Positions 35,574 through 47,574 of a stretch of DNA of 64,000 nucleotides are shown here, piece after piece (the stretch's first letter is position 1; each line of letters begins with the position of its first letter). The stretch is from Eukaryota sp. TZLM1-RC (taxonomy: Eukaryota; Protista; Metamonada: BaSk clade), in NCBI GenBank assembly GCA_040285825.1, contig JAUPSS010000001.1, positions 310,001 to 374,000 of the forward strand, in the 5' to 3' direction. The notes under the pieces were generated by a model. That model did not search any database. It was not told the DNA's origin and was given only the letters and a program-made list of their open reading frames with translations. The translations under genes were made by a program, and so were the position numbers.

Positions 35574-35743
35574 TACATAGTCTATAGTCTATCCTTTGGT
35601 TTTTATCAACTTTGGCCAGTAACGAATAGTATTTGTGAGAATTTTACCAGAAACAAAAATGAATTAACATTTTATTAATTCGAATCAAAATCCTAAGAGA
35701 CCATAGGTAAAGCCTTATTAACTAACTACCAACGGCAATTATT

Positions 35744-36358
35744 TAGTATTTATTGAATTTGCACACTTAATTAAATTAATTCATATCTAATGGGACGAAT
35801 ATCATTGAACCAAGATTTCCTCTACAAAATCTTGATCTGCTTGCTGTCCAGCTAAAGTTTCTCTTATTCGATTGAAAAACCGAGGTAATCTATTAATAAT
35901 GACAAATTGAATTCGAAAGCGCCAAAAAATAACAAATCTTTTCATTGTATTTTCTTGAACCATTTTTTGGTAGTCATTCAAAAAAGTTTCTGCTTCTACT
36001 GATAGTTTTTTGTTTATCGAAAATGGGAAAGCAATAAAACTAGTTGTTTATTTCTACCAGCATTAGCTTCTTCGATATCTTTGTCATATTTTCTATGTTT
36101 CTCTTTTGCTTTAAAATCAAGAGCAGTCACAGGATTAAGTTTTCTTCTGTGAACCAAAGTATCATTTGCAACATTACATGAGACAAAGTCAACAATAGCT
36201 TCAGAATTATTAATCAAATCACAGTATACATCACCTCTATCATCAGAACCAAAATTATTCAGAGAAAGTGTTTCCTTCAGCAGAGGGTCTTTGGTACACG
36301 ATTTTCTTGTAGTTTGTGCCAATATGAAAACAGTGTCTCTAACAGCATCATGTAATGT
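35744..36358 (-). mobile_element. 5'-truncated retrotransposon family A copy
   Basis: LHDAVRD..RGDVYCD plus 3' UTR; perfect 13-bp TSD AACGGCAATTATT at 35731-35743 and 36359-36371. Confidence 0.9.
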
Positions 36359-37506
36359 AACGGCAATTATTGAAATCATAAGAAGTACAACTTCAACTAA
36401 ACATGATGAATAATTTACTGAAACACACTGTAATTTAGCGGGAATATTGGTAACTTTTTCTCAGGCAGTTTTGACATCTGACAATTCATTACATTGTTGA
36501 TTCCAGTATATCAAAGTGAATGGTTGAAAACTCTTCTGTATTTCAGTTGATCAAAAATAAGCTATAAACATTGAATTGTGTCAGCAATTGATAGGGATTT
36601 CTAATGATAATGGTACCCCATTTACGGAAAATATAAAGCAGAATAATCTGGGTTCAATTCCCTTTCTGACTACAGTTTTCTGTAACAAAATCGAATTTAA
36701 TTTTTCTATTGCCAGCAACGGATGTCAATCATTTATTCTTGATTCTTTTCATTTTAACGTTTAGGTATGCTGTGTTTGATGTACGTGGTTACCTTTACAT
36801 ATGGTAATGTTTTAATTCAGCACTATCAATACATTGTCACAATTAGTCGAAATATTAGTTGAGAAACTATGTAATCCACACAAAATCACAATGATTTCGC
36901 TTAAGTGTGATAGTACATCTTCGTTGGCACATTAAGGCTTTTGAATATCAATAGAAAATAAATTAACTTGTCCTTTTTGTAATTCTCCAACTTATGGCCA
37001 CGTCTTCAGCTTTAGCAACATACAATCCTCAAGTTTATGGAACTCTCTGAACTGATTCTGGTTGGACTTTGAATACGAGCTTTTGTTCCTTTATGTGACC
37101 TGATAATTGACCTCATTTCTTAATTTGTAAAAGTAATCAAAAAATTACAGTCACTCATTTTTTATATTGTAAACATTTTCACAAACACTATGTATGTTTC
37201 TCCTCTCAAGAAAAAGTTGTTGAACAAGCTCCTTTTCAATCCTTTCCAATTTTGTACAAATTCGTTCAATGTGCCATTGATTAAGTTTTCACTACTTACA
37301 CGTTCATTTCCTATTCAAATAAAATATAGTCTGAATTCAAATGAAATTCCCAGGTCATTAATCAGTAAAACAGTATGCCGAACCAATCCATCACTTCCAT
37401 CACTTTGATGCATCATCTTCTGAATTGGTTAACACTGATTATAGAAAGAAGATCATACTTTCAATTTTTTGCTTTAATCTTTTAAATCATCAACATCAAT
37501 AGGTGA

Positions 37507-38550
37507 ATGCTTCCACCTATTGGTGTGAAAACACCTGAGCCCCGTCCTCTTGTTATATCAAATCTCAATAAAGCAAAGGCAATCTTTATCGCTCAGAAGT
37601 GTTCGATACCACCACTCTTTCACTACAGCAATAACACACGGAGCTGTTCACCAGTTAAACTTACTACATTATACTCTACTCCACAATCTGATTTGGAAAC
37701 TCTCTCTGAAAATGTACTTAGGCAAATCTTGCAGCGTTTTAAGAAACTCAGTCTCTTTCTGAAACATGTACACGGTTCCTGTGTACTTTCTCCCACAGAA
37801 ATAGTAGACTTTATAAACAATTACATCTCTTCCCTAAAACTCAAAAAAAGAAACCCCATCACAATCCAGTACAAAAGGAACATGAACTCAGCCTTTGCTA
37901 TGACCAATTCGACTTTGTTCATTAGACTTCCATTGACCAGGATGACCACAGTGGAAATTCAATCAGTCTGTGATCATGAAATTGGCACCCATTTTCTTCG
38001 TTCTTTTAACCATTCAAAACAAGCTTTTGGTGCAAAAAATATGAAAAAACAATTGAAACTTTGTAGTTATTATGAAGTTGAGGAAGGTTTAGCTGCACTT
38101 AACACGATCATTTCTTGGAAGTTCAAATCCATATTTAAGCCATGTCTTCATTACTATTCTTGTATCAAAGCCCACAACCTGCCTTTTTTAGACCTATTTC
38201 GACATTTAAAACAATTTATTGATAGCGATGAACTGTGTTGGGACGAAGTTATAAGAGTAAAGAGGGGTGTTGGAGTCAAAGAAGTGGGAGTGTACAGTAA
38301 AGATCAAGTCTATTTGAGGGGTTTGATTAGATTGTTGCGGTCGAGAAGGGTTATTAACTGGAAAAAAGTCTACAGTGGAAGACTTGATTTGAGAGATTTG
38401 GACGTGATTGATGGTTATTATGACGAGTCATTAGTGGTGATGCCTCCTTTTTTTATCAATGAGGATCATTATTTGTCATTGTTGGATCAGATTGTAGTTG
38501 ATAATAACTTGACTGAGTATGTGGGAGAAGGGTTTGCTACAATTGGTTAG
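37507..38550 (+). CDS. MATCAP/KIAA0895-like (DUF1704) metallopeptidase, putative tubulin tyrosine carboxypeptidase
   Basis: DHEIGTHFLR (HExxxH), EEGLA, RVKRG, SKDQVYLRG. Confidence 0.85.
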   Translation: MLPPIGVKTPEPRPLVISNLNKAKAIFIAQKCSIPPLFHYSNNTRSCSPVKLTTLYSTPQSDLETLSENVLRQILQRFKKLSLFLKHVHGSCVLSPTEIVDFINNYISSLKLKKRNPITIQYKRNMNSAFAMTNSTLFIRLPLTRMTTVEIQSVCDHEIGTHFLRSFNHSKQAFGAKNMKKQLKLCSYYEVEEGLAALNTIISWKFKSIFKPCLHYYSCIKAHNLPFLDLFRHLKQFIDSDELCWDEVIRVKRGVGVKEVGVYSKDQVYLRGLIRLLRSRRVINWKKVYSGRLDLRDLDVIDGYYDESLVVMPPFFINEDHYLSLLDQIVVDNNLTEYVGEGFATIG

Positions 38551-38606
38551 TTCTTGTAAATATTGTATAATAAATCATTTATTTCACCACCTAATCAATC
38601 AATCAA

Positions 38607-40340
38607 TCAATCAGTTTTGATTGAACCATATGCTTTGTTGATGAAAACAAATACAGCCATCCACGCTACACTACCTAATATTAAATACAAACCATAACAA
38701 CCAAGAAAAGTGTAACCAATAAAGTAGAAAAATTGAAAAGTTCCAGACATTTCAGATCTGATGTAGTATAACAAACAATAAAACCAAACAAAAATAGCCG
38801 TTGAACCTCCATAAAAGAAGGCAGAAGTCCACCATCTGTAATCACCAGCTGAAAGTTGAAAATAGGTGAGGACAAGAGTGACAGATATTACCACAACGAG
38901 GAGAGAAATGGCAATGACCACTAGGACACCATATAATTGGTAAATATTGTTGGACCAAAAAGAAGACATCACAAAGGACAATTCAAGAAAGATGGCTGAG
39001 AATGGCAGCAGCCCAGCTACTACCCCAAATGCCTTTCTTGACCTGAACCAAGGCTGACCTGGAATAGGCTTGGGGTAAGGGGAGACTTTAACAGGAGGAG
39101 AGAACGTAGGGGTGAACTTTCGAGAAGCTAACCCAGTCACAATGGAAAGAGGAAAGGAGACAAAAAGAAGAAGGGAAACCAACAGGAGGACGGTAGAGAA
39201 AGAAAGCGAATGCGTCACATTAGATCCCAAAGCAATAAAGGATAAGGAAAAGATGATGAACAAAGCCGGGACAGAGTACAACACACTTTGAACCACCAGG
39301 TTAAGAGCGTAGTCCTTACCACCAATTCTTTTATAAAGGTACCCTGATATCGTGCCACCTATTGAAGAAGAAAGAACGAACAAGAACAAGAGGAGGGAGA
39401 CAGAACTACCGGCGTAGGGTTTGAGTGATGAGGAGAAGAAGAGACGGACAATGAGAGAAAGAGCCAGGGTTGAAAGAAGTTGAAGCCCTGTAGCTACAAA
39501 GGCAATCAAAAATGATAGCTTCTTTGGAGGCCTAAACACGTCTGGGGAGATGGACTTCCATCCCTGTAGATCAAATTCATCAATGGTGAGGGATGTAGGA
39601 AGAGCCTCTGATGCCTTGTTGTACCTCATCACATCCTTTCTCAGAACCCTTAGTAAGACCCCAGTCATCAAAACAACACCAATGATAACCAAGCTGGTGG
39701 AGTTTATGATGGAAAACCAATGTATCTTCATTGATGAAGTCAGGGCTGATCCATAGATATCAAACCTTTGATCGTACTGCACCTTTGTTGGAAGCCATGT
39801 AACTTGATAAGAGAACGGAATGTGGACAGGGGAGAGGTCATTACGGGGAAGAGGGAAGGAGTGTGTTTTGGATAATGTTACATTGACTCCTACCACATCA
39901 TCCTGGTTGTAAAAGATGTAGAAATGAAAGTCAGTGTATATGGAGGGGGTTTTCTGAGAATTGATGAAACCTACAGGCCCCCACATTGGGAGGTCATCTA
40001 GCATCATCTCGTGCCAGTATTCATTGTCTACTGCCTTAATGAACTTGCGAAGGCCCTTGACAGGGATTGGTTTGTCTGAAGTGCAGATTGGAGTCTTTGG
40101 CACATCCATTTTGAATGGGATTTGGTAAGGAGATGCAATATAACGGTGACCTTGTAACACTTCACCGAGGCTCATAAGTTTCAGTATAAGCTTTGGAGGG
40201 CGACAGTATGGAAGAGAGTAAAACTGGTAGCGGGTTGAAACAGAATGTTGAGGAAAGACAGTATTGACATAAACTACCCGTGAGGATGATGTACAGAGGA
40301 CTGTTGCTGCCAACAGACATATTAAGAGGATGTGTCGCAT
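38607..40340 (-). CDS. Transmembrane 9 superfamily (EMP70/nonaspanin) protein
   Basis: Signal peptide, YSLPYC, LGEVLQG, DDLPMWG, IHWFSIINS, GWK...DVFRPP, DYRWW, C-terminal IKTD. Confidence 0.95.
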   Translation of the reverse strand: MRHILLICLLAATVLCTSSSRVVYVNTVFPQHSVSTRYQFYSLPYCRPPKLILKLMSLGEVLQGHRYIASPYQIPFKMDVPKTPICTSDKPIPVKGLRKFIKAVDNEYWHEMMLDDLPMWGPVGFINSQKTPSIYTDFHFYIFYNQDDVVGVNVTLSKTHSFPLPRNDLSPVHIPFSYQVTWLPTKVQYDQRFDIYGSALTSSMKIHWFSIINSTSLVIIGVVLMTGVLLRVLRKDVMRYNKASEALPTSLTIDEFDLQGWKSISPDVFRPPKKLSFLIAFVATGLQLLSTLALSLIVRLFFSSSLKPYAGSSVSLLLFLFVLSSSIGGTISGYLYKRIGGKDYALNLVVQSVLYSVPALFIIFSLSFIALGSNVTHSLSFSTVLLLVSLLLFVSFPLSIVTGLASRKFTPTFSPPVKVSPYPKPIPGQPWFRSRKAFGVVAGLLPFSAIFLELSFVMSSFWSNNIYQLYGVLVVIAISLLVVVISVTLVLTYFQLSAGDYRWWTSAFFYGGSTAIFVWFYCLLYYIRSEMSGTFQFFYFIGYTFLGCYGLYLILGSVAWMAVFVFINKAYGSIKTD

Positions 40341-41755
40341 TACAAGTGTGCAGATTCAAATTTTTGAATAAAATCTAGAATTTTTCACCTGAAATTCCAT
40401 TGATTGGAACACCAGATTCCACACAAGAAAATGACAGCAATACCATTACAAACTACAGCAATCAATTGTAGTAATCTCAGCATTTCAGGAATCATGGAAT
40501 AATGAATAGGTATTTACCTACTCAAATGTCCAAAGATACTGTTTCTCAAACAACTTGTTGTGACAGCTTCATTGAGAGCATTTCAGGGTAATGTGGTATA
40601 TGGTTGTATGTATGTTTCCATCATCTGTTCAAGAACAATATTGTTAGGACTGTCTACTTCAGAAAAACTGAAAGTTCGTGAATGAACGTCAAAAGCATTG
40701 ATCTTAAATTTTATCGTTGTTTGGAAAAAAATTAGACTCACGTACCTTATCACTGAAAAATCATTTTGAGGAATTATTTTACTAGTTACTCCACCTTTAT
40801 TTCTACCATTTAGAGTTGAACAAAATTACGAAAACTTAATGATCGTTTTCCAAACTATTTTAGTCTTCTTCGAAATGAATTCTCTTCAACTGTACATGAT
40901 GGATTAATGTTAGTTAATTAATTCATTTTCATTATATCCTGTCATCAAAATGAGATCATTGATGATTTGAAGAAAATATTGTTACGAATAACTTTATATT
41001 AATTTCATAATCAACATTGATTTTTACCAAATTCAAATGAGAATTTACATTGAATCTAAAGCGTTCAATGTATTTCCACTGATGTTCTGTTGTAATGTTG
41101 AGACTCTTTTTTCTATTTTATAAGGCAAAGTGATATTTAGAGTTGTCAACCTCTTATCCAATTTATATGGATTCATGCCCTCTTTATACCTCTGGGTTAA
41201 TTGTTTTTTATTTTTTTATTTTTTTATTTTTTTATTTTTTTGAATTGCCCTTACGTGTATTTTTGAATACAATCAACATTTACAAAATTTTGATCCCAGA
41301 TGAATCCGATTACACGAAAAATTCCAACATCAATACTAAAATGATGTCTTCAAACAGGGAAAAAGCTTTTCCAACACAAAGTTCGTTATTGTCAGATTTC
41401 ACGGACTGACAGTGTATGTTGCTCCTTACACCTAAAACGAAAAGATACAGTCGGCAAGAGCCGCTTGAAGACGCCATAAAAAGGTCAAAAGGATCCATAC
41501 TTGATTAGTATTCCAGTCAGCTCCACTGGTGGAACTAGAGGAGCTGAATAGCTATCTTTTAAAGTAATTGACCGTAATACCAGGCATCAGTTGATGGCTT
41601 GGAAACGAAAATTAAATTCTCCTAATCTCAGCTGATTCATTGAAGGACCCACTCCTCTAACAGAATCAAGATGGTATGAAGAGTAAAGAATGAAATTGTG
41701 AAAACAAGGAGTTTCTTTAAGAGACTCACACATCCTTCAAAAGATCCTTTAGTTG

Positions 41756-42535
41756 ATGTCACCACTAATTCCAATCATTGATACATACCCTCTTCAGAAA
41801 TTTGACTTCTATGAACTTTTTGCTGCAGCTCTCCATGCCACTTTTATCTTTCATGACTTTCAATGTGTAGGTTCTTCTCCAGAACATCCCACCTCTCCTT
41901 CTCGTTCACTGCCTTCTTCTTGGCGTGATGTAGATCATTTTTCATTTGTGATGGCATCTTCCAAGTTTCCTTATGCACTTCACTGTTCTCTTTCATTCTC
42001 GAATGACTTGGTGATCCTCATTGTCAGTGTTGTTCCTCTCCCTAACCAAAAAGAAGTACCCGAATCGTTTGAAAGATCACTGAAAATCTCAAATTTCTTT
42101 TCAAAGAAAGATCCATTAATTAAAAACGTAAAAGAATCATCATTTATGTCTGTGTTTAATTCTATTATTTCGCACTTCAAAGCTACAGGTTCAGGTGAAA
42201 ATAAATCTGTTTCAATTACTGCACCACTTGAACATAAACATATTACCATCAAAAACCCTAAAAGAGACAAACTAAAGAAAGAAACAGCAGAAGAAAGATG
42301 GAAAAGAGAAAAGGCAACGGCTAAGATGGATAGAGCACCTGCTGGTGAGATTGGTGAGTGGAGAGAGGTGGTGCAGAAGGAAGAAGAGGATGAACCACAT
42401 GAAGAAGAAATTGATATTTCACAAGAAATTAAGGAAGAAACTTTCAGGTCAGTTATCACCCCAACGACAGCGGTTCCATCTGGGTTATTCAAAAGAAGGT
42501 CTTCTTCTGGTAGGGGAAAGAAGAAACGTGTTTGA
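41756..42535 (+). CDS. PI31/FP-domain-like protein with a charged C-terminal tail
   Basis: ELFAAALHATF..HDFQCVG....LPSSW resembles the PI31 N-terminal FP domain. Confidence 0.5.
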   Translation: MSPLIPIIDTYPLQKFDFYELFAAALHATFIFHDFQCVGSSPEHPTSPSRSLPSSWRDVDHFSFVMASSKFPYALHCSLSFSNDLVILIVSVVPLPNQKEVPESFERSLKISNFFSKKDPLIKNVKESSFMSVFNSIISHFKATGSGENKSVSITAPLEHKHITIKNPKRDKLKKETAEERWKREKATAKMDRAPAGEIGEWREVVQKEEEDEPHEEEIDISQEIKEETFRSVITPTTAVPSGLFKRRSSSGRGKKKRV

Positions 42536-42819
42536 ATAAATCTTTTCAAAATTTGCAAATTTGGCAATTTGCTGAATAGAATCAGACGATTAACAACCAA
42601 ATCGAATACTGTCTATGTCAAATGCTGGCTTCTATGCTGGCTTCTGCAAAAATAAATTCAAGATCGCTGTAAAAAACATTCTGGAGAGCAACTCGAATAG
42701 TCGTTCTTTATTGTTTGCTGTGTTGTTGTATTTTGGAACCATTTTCCAACTGAAATTAAGTGTCTTAAATGGGCCAGGTTCCTAATCATGCTTATCTCAG
42801 TCAATACTATGGTTGTTCA

Positions 42820-43200
42820 AAGCAGGAAATTTAATCCTGGAAAAGCCCATGAATACATAGAGAAGGAAAAACATAGAACATATGATGAAGAAATCGAAGA
42901 AGCTAATGCTCATAGAAATAGACCACTTGTTTGAATTGCTTTTCCATTTTCTATAAACAAAAGACTATCAATAAAAGCAAGGAAATTGTTTGAATGATTT
43001 CCAAAAATTGGTTCAAGAAAGACAATGAAGATATTTGGTGTCTTTTTATGGCGGTTTCGTATTCAATTTGCTATAATTCATAGATTGCCTCTGTTCTTTT
43101 ATCGAATTAGAGAAGCAATGGCGAGAAAACAAGCAGATCAATTTATTTAAACTTTTTTTTAAAGAAACAATGGTTCATTGAAACTCATCCTATGAGTTCT
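42820..43200 (+). mobile_element. Old diverged 3' fragment of retrotransposon family A
   Basis: KEKHRTYDEEIEEANA...IAFPFSIN...RIQFAI remnants. Confidence 0.7.
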
Positions 43201-43309
43201 GATGATATTCTTTTAAGTTTTGTAGATCCATAAAAAAAATAAAAAAATAAATCTTTATCTTTATTCAAACAAAGCAAAGCAGACCAAGACTACCTCCACT
43301 TCCAGTCCA

Positions 43310-44956
43310 ATGTTAGCTTCTTTCTCTCCAGACAGGTCTCTCTTCGTCTTTGTTACAAATGATTCACGCTTGATTTTCACTAATTTATATGAGTCACACG
43401 AAGCCCCCAAGACTGTAAGTGAACCTGAACACCTCACCCGAAAGTACCAATGCCTTACTTGGGGGTACACCACTTCTTCCCTTACTCTTTTCCTTGGGTG
43501 TCAAGATGGTTCTATCTCTCACTTTAATGCCTCTTCGCTTACCTTTTCTGGTACGATGAAATCAAAAGACAAGAACCCTATACTGTCATTGACCGTGGAT
43601 AGTCAATGTAAGCGTCTTTTCACCACCAATGGAGATGCTATTCACGAATGGGATCTGTCATCCCTTGCTGTCTCCCAACAACTCCCGACCCATGGACAAG
43701 TAGTATCCTGTCTTGACCTTATTGATGATGTCACTCTCCTACTAGCTGGGCAGAATATCTCTTTGCTTTCCCTTACCTCTAAAACAATCTCCTCCACGCT
43801 CTCTGGCCACTCTTCCTCGATAGAACTTGTCTTTGCCATACCCAACACCCCTTACGTTCTCACTTCTTCCTCCAATCGCTTTGTTAATCTGTGGAATATT
43901 CAGACCAATGAGCTAATGAAGGTCCTCCACATTGACCATAAACCCATTCATTTAAACGCCACTGTGCATAACAACTCTCTTTATTGCACAGTCGTTTCAT
44001 CTCGAGGTTCCTGTTCCCTCTTCTGTCTTCCAACTTCAAGCACTTCCTCCTCCCTTCCTCTTTCTCCCTTGCTCAATGTTGCTCATTCGTTTGAAAAGGG
44101 TGATATCTATGCATCAGTTTGTGAGACAGGGGATGAAGTAGGGTTAGTGGTGGGAAGGTATTCAAGTGGTTTTACCATGGTTGATAAGGTTGCAGTTTCT
44201 GATGATAGTCAAACAGTTACTTTGCCAGCAATCAATAATGATTTTAGTTTCACAAAGAATCAACGAGACTCTGGTTCAAATTCTTTTATTGTTGACGTTG
44301 GAGCTTCAGTTGATGATGCGATGATTGATGATCGTAATCGGAAACAGGTAAAAGCCATCGGTGATGAGCACAAAGAAAAACCACTATCTCTAAAGGATCG
44401 TCTTTTGTTGCTTCAGACTAGGAGAAACAATTACCAATCAAAACCTTCTTTATCAGTAGCCAATGCCCTAAAACAAGCTATTTCTACTGAGAATAGAGAG
44501 TTGTTAGATAAATGTCTGACCAGTGCAGGGGGAATGTACATCAAGCCCACCATTGCTGATCTAGATTCCAATCAATGCGTGGTTTTGTTGAAAATGTTGA
44601 TTGCAAAGGTTGATCAGAATCCTAATTCATTACATCTAGTTCTTAATTGGATTCAAACTTTATTAATTGTACATGCTGCTTCACTGATAGCAAATCCTTC
44701 AACTAAGTCGGTTTTACAAGCAGTGAATTCCATTTTGTCACTATCATCATCTAGCTTTAACTCTTTTGTAGCTTTAAAATCAAAAATAGATTTAGCTGTA
44801 TCCCTAGCTTCTCAATCAAATGGTGTTGCTGATGAAGTGCAACTTCCTTTGGTAGAGGTAGATTCAAGAGAACCAGAAGAGGAAGGTGATGATGTCGACT
44901 TTTTGGACTTTGATGATGACGATTTAATGGAAGAAATTTTGAATATGGATGAATAA
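43310..44956 (+). CDS. WDR43: WDR43/UTP5-like SSU processome protein
   Basis: WD40 repeats, then a Utp12-type domain (SVANALKQAI..N.ELL..CL, WIQTLL..HA..L) and an acidic tail. Confidence 0.8.
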   Translation: MLASFSPDRSLFVFVTNDSRLIFTNLYESHEAPKTVSEPEHLTRKYQCLTWGYTTSSLTLFLGCQDGSISHFNASSLTFSGTMKSKDKNPILSLTVDSQCKRLFTTNGDAIHEWDLSSLAVSQQLPTHGQVVSCLDLIDDVTLLLAGQNISLLSLTSKTISSTLSGHSSSIELVFAIPNTPYVLTSSSNRFVNLWNIQTNELMKVLHIDHKPIHLNATVHNNSLYCTVVSSRGSCSLFCLPTSSTSSSLPLSPLLNVAHSFEKGDIYASVCETGDEVGLVVGRYSSGFTMVDKVAVSDDSQTVTLPAINNDFSFTKNQRDSGSNSFIVDVGASVDDAMIDDRNRKQVKAIGDEHKEKPLSLKDRLLLLQTRRNNYQSKPSLSVANALKQAISTENRELLDKCLTSAGGMYIKPTIADLDSNQCVVLLKMLIAKVDQNPNSLHLVLNWIQTLLIVHAASLIANPSTKSVLQAVNSILSLSSSSFNSFVALKSKIDLAVSLASQSNGVADEVQLPLVEVDSREPEEEGDDVDFLDFDDDDLMEEILNMDE

Positions 44957-45529
44957 TTAGTTTTTAGTTTTTTAAATAAAATTTATGGTCAATTATCACG
45001 GTGGAAACTCATAGAAATGCATGCTTTTGTCCATGCTAAATTAATAAATTATATTATTGAGCGCTATATTCTTGCTGCACTCACTGAATTTTACAGTTCA
45101 TCCCTTTCTCAATTATTTTCCACACCAGCAGCACATCTTGTACTGGTACTACTCACCTACCAAGAAGACTCTAATACCAGCTGTTCTAAGAACTCTTTTC
45201 AGTCCTACACCTCTGAACATGTTTTACCCTTGCGATGTTGATTTTGCTTCCCAACCCCTACAGCCTACTATTGTTTTTAGCATCAGTATTTAATTTGACC
45301 ATTAATTTGTTAATCTAGTTTGTCTTACCGATTATTTATATATTTGTATAAAGTGTGGCGCTTAAACAGAGGGTCTTGGAAAATGGGCAAAGTAATTTAG
45401 TATTCAGTAAGTTGGTAAATCAGCTCCGATCTCCATGGAGTAAAATTGTTGGCTTTGATCAGTTTAGTGATTGAAGTTCATTATCGTCTTTTTTAAGTTA
45501 AAATTTGAATCGACTCAAATATACAACTA

Positions 45530-45720
45530 AATATACAAAACTCATCCCAATTGAAAATTCTTCCTGTCCTTTCCTTTACAACAATGAACTTTTCAAGGAA
45601 TTCCACTGCACTTCTAGCTACAGAACCGAACAGTGAAACAACAATGGGACAAAGACTAAACTTGGCATAAGAATTTTCATTAACTGAAGGAATAGGTTTC
45701 GTATAAGTTGACTATCGTGT
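45530..45720 (-). mobile_element. Short RLE retrotransposon fragment related to family B
   Basis: Similar to 8200-8360 (NENSYAKF..VSLFGS...EFLE). Confidence 0.55.
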
Positions 45721-46163
45721 TGAGGAGTTTTCGGTATAACATTCTTGGGTACATTTTATCTTGGTGAGCTGTTTCTGGAAATTTTCGCAGATGCCCAAGA
45801 GTTGGGATGAGCTTTTTAATCTTTACACCAATTCAAGAAGCCTTCTTTTCTAGACTGTATTAGAAATTGTCCAACGTTTGGAAGTCTATCATATAAGTCT
45901 ATCAGTAGTTGATTTAAGTTTAGGTGACATTTAGGTGTCGAAAGCTAGTTAAGCATTAACAGAATCACGACTGTTTCAGGTTATTCTAAAGTACAAGTGC
46001 AATTCATCATGCAGTTTTTTGCCATTAGTTAGTGTTTGCGAAATGAGATTTGCCAATATTGTATAATGTATGAAGAGTTTACGTTATTTATTTTTCTTAT
46101 TCTTATTTTTAGACAAACTTTTCGAAAAAACATGGAAAATTCACTTAATTTTACCTGAAAATT

Positions 46164-46874
46164 TCAACAGGGTGGTTTTATTCGAATTCTTACTCCAGAT
46201 TCTACCTCTATTTTACTTACTGCCTCCTCTATGCTATCCCAAATAAAAGACCTTATTTTTATAGGTAAGACCTTTGCTAGAGCTAATTCCTCAAGTTTTG
46301 CCTCAAAGTTGATAGGGTTTTCTCGAAAAGCTTGCATGGCTCTTTGCATGAAAACTATCGAGAATATGCCACAATCATTACCATTAGTCTGCTGATCGCA
46401 ATTGAGTTCTACGAAAGTTGTATCTTCGAGGGACATTTCGGTCGTCAGTTTAGAGGCGATGTCAAAAGCTGCTTGATTGTTGTGCATGAACAGTGAGTCT
46501 AAATGAAAAAATGTGAGTGAAGGTCTGTGAAATACGAGGGTGCTCCAATGGCTTCCCGCTTCTGCTTTGTCTATTTCAGTATGTGTGACATCAGAAACAG
46601 CAAAGATTACTAGATTAGCAGTGTCAATTTTAGAACCTTCAATCACAGATCTTGTATCTTTTTCATCCCCAAAGCGTATGAGCATCAGTGCTGATGGTTG
46701 GATGAATGAAATATCAGTCTCAGGGTATAGTTTAGAAAAATATAACATCATAAAGGAAATTATCGTGTCATTGAGCCAACGTCCTGGTGAAAGCAGATTC
46801 ACATCAGACTGATAAACAGTAAGACCTTCAAAGCCGAAATACGATGTAGTATTTGAAAGATGCCTTGAGTACAT
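46164..46874 (-). CDS. SENP8: NEDD8-specific protease SENP8/NEDP1 (Ulp1/C48 family)
   Basis: DVNLL...WLNDTII.F, GSHWS, DS, QQTNGNDCG; catalytic domain only. Confidence 0.85.
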   Translation of the reverse strand: MYSRHLSNTTSYFGFEGLTVYQSDVNLLSPGRWLNDTIISFMMLYFSKLYPETDISFIQPSALMLIRFGDEKDTRSVIEGSKIDTANLVIFAVSDVTHTEIDKAEAGSHWSTLVFHRPSLTFFHLDSLFMHNNQAAFDIASKLTTEMSLEDTTFVELNCDQQTNGNDCGIFSIVFMQRAMQAFRENPINFEAKLEELALAKVLPIKIRSFIWDSIEEAVSKIEVESGVRIRIKPPC

Positions 46875-47029
46875 TGCTACAAGTCAACAGTACTCCGCTT
46901 TCTTGGTTTCTTGGAGAACAACTGTTCAGGCTCCTAGAAGGACAATACAGGGTTGAAAGAGAGAACAAAAGTTGAAATCGGATTATAAATATTTGTTTAA
47001 AATATATAATAATTATTTATTCTACGAAG

Positions 47030-47550
47030 AAACAAAACAAAACAAAACAAACTAAAACACATAAGAAACAAAATTCTCCACGCCATCTTTTGATGAATCC
47101 TTATACAGCTTGGACATCATTAAATTTAAATACTTGGGAACACTTCTGTACAAAGCAAAAATGATACGATTCTTCCATAAATTCCCTGCAAAATTCTTAC
47201 CACTTGAACGACATAAATTATCGAAATCATTGAGAAAATTCAAGACAGACTGTCCAATGTTGCCAAAAATCGAGAAGCCAAAAGGAACAAATGAAAACTC
47301 GGAGTAAAGGTTATTATTTAAATCATTTAATATTTCAGTATATTTGTCTCTTTTACGATCCTCAGCCTTGTTTAAATGACCATTAGAACTAACTACAACA
47401 TCATCACGATAAATAAAAGCAATGGGATCAACTGTAGTAAAATCCACAACAACATGGGAGGAATCCACAAAAGGAGCAATTAAATCACCTCGACGTGAAT
47501 TAAACACATTATTATCGCTATAATGTTTCAACAACGGTTCTACTTTGCAA
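47030..47550 (-). mobile_element. 3' RLE fragment of a non-LTR retrotransposon (family D) with a (GTTTT)n tail
   Basis: EPLL..RRGDLIAP..VVVDFT..AE..KRDKY..FVPFGFSIFG. Confidence 0.75.
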
Positions 47551-47574
47551 CTAAAATTTGTTTAAAATTATTTA

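Noticed and set aside
41980-42600. 206-aa antisense ORF (and similar antisense ORFs over host genes)
   Set aside because: Shadow frames of well-supported genes on the opposite strand
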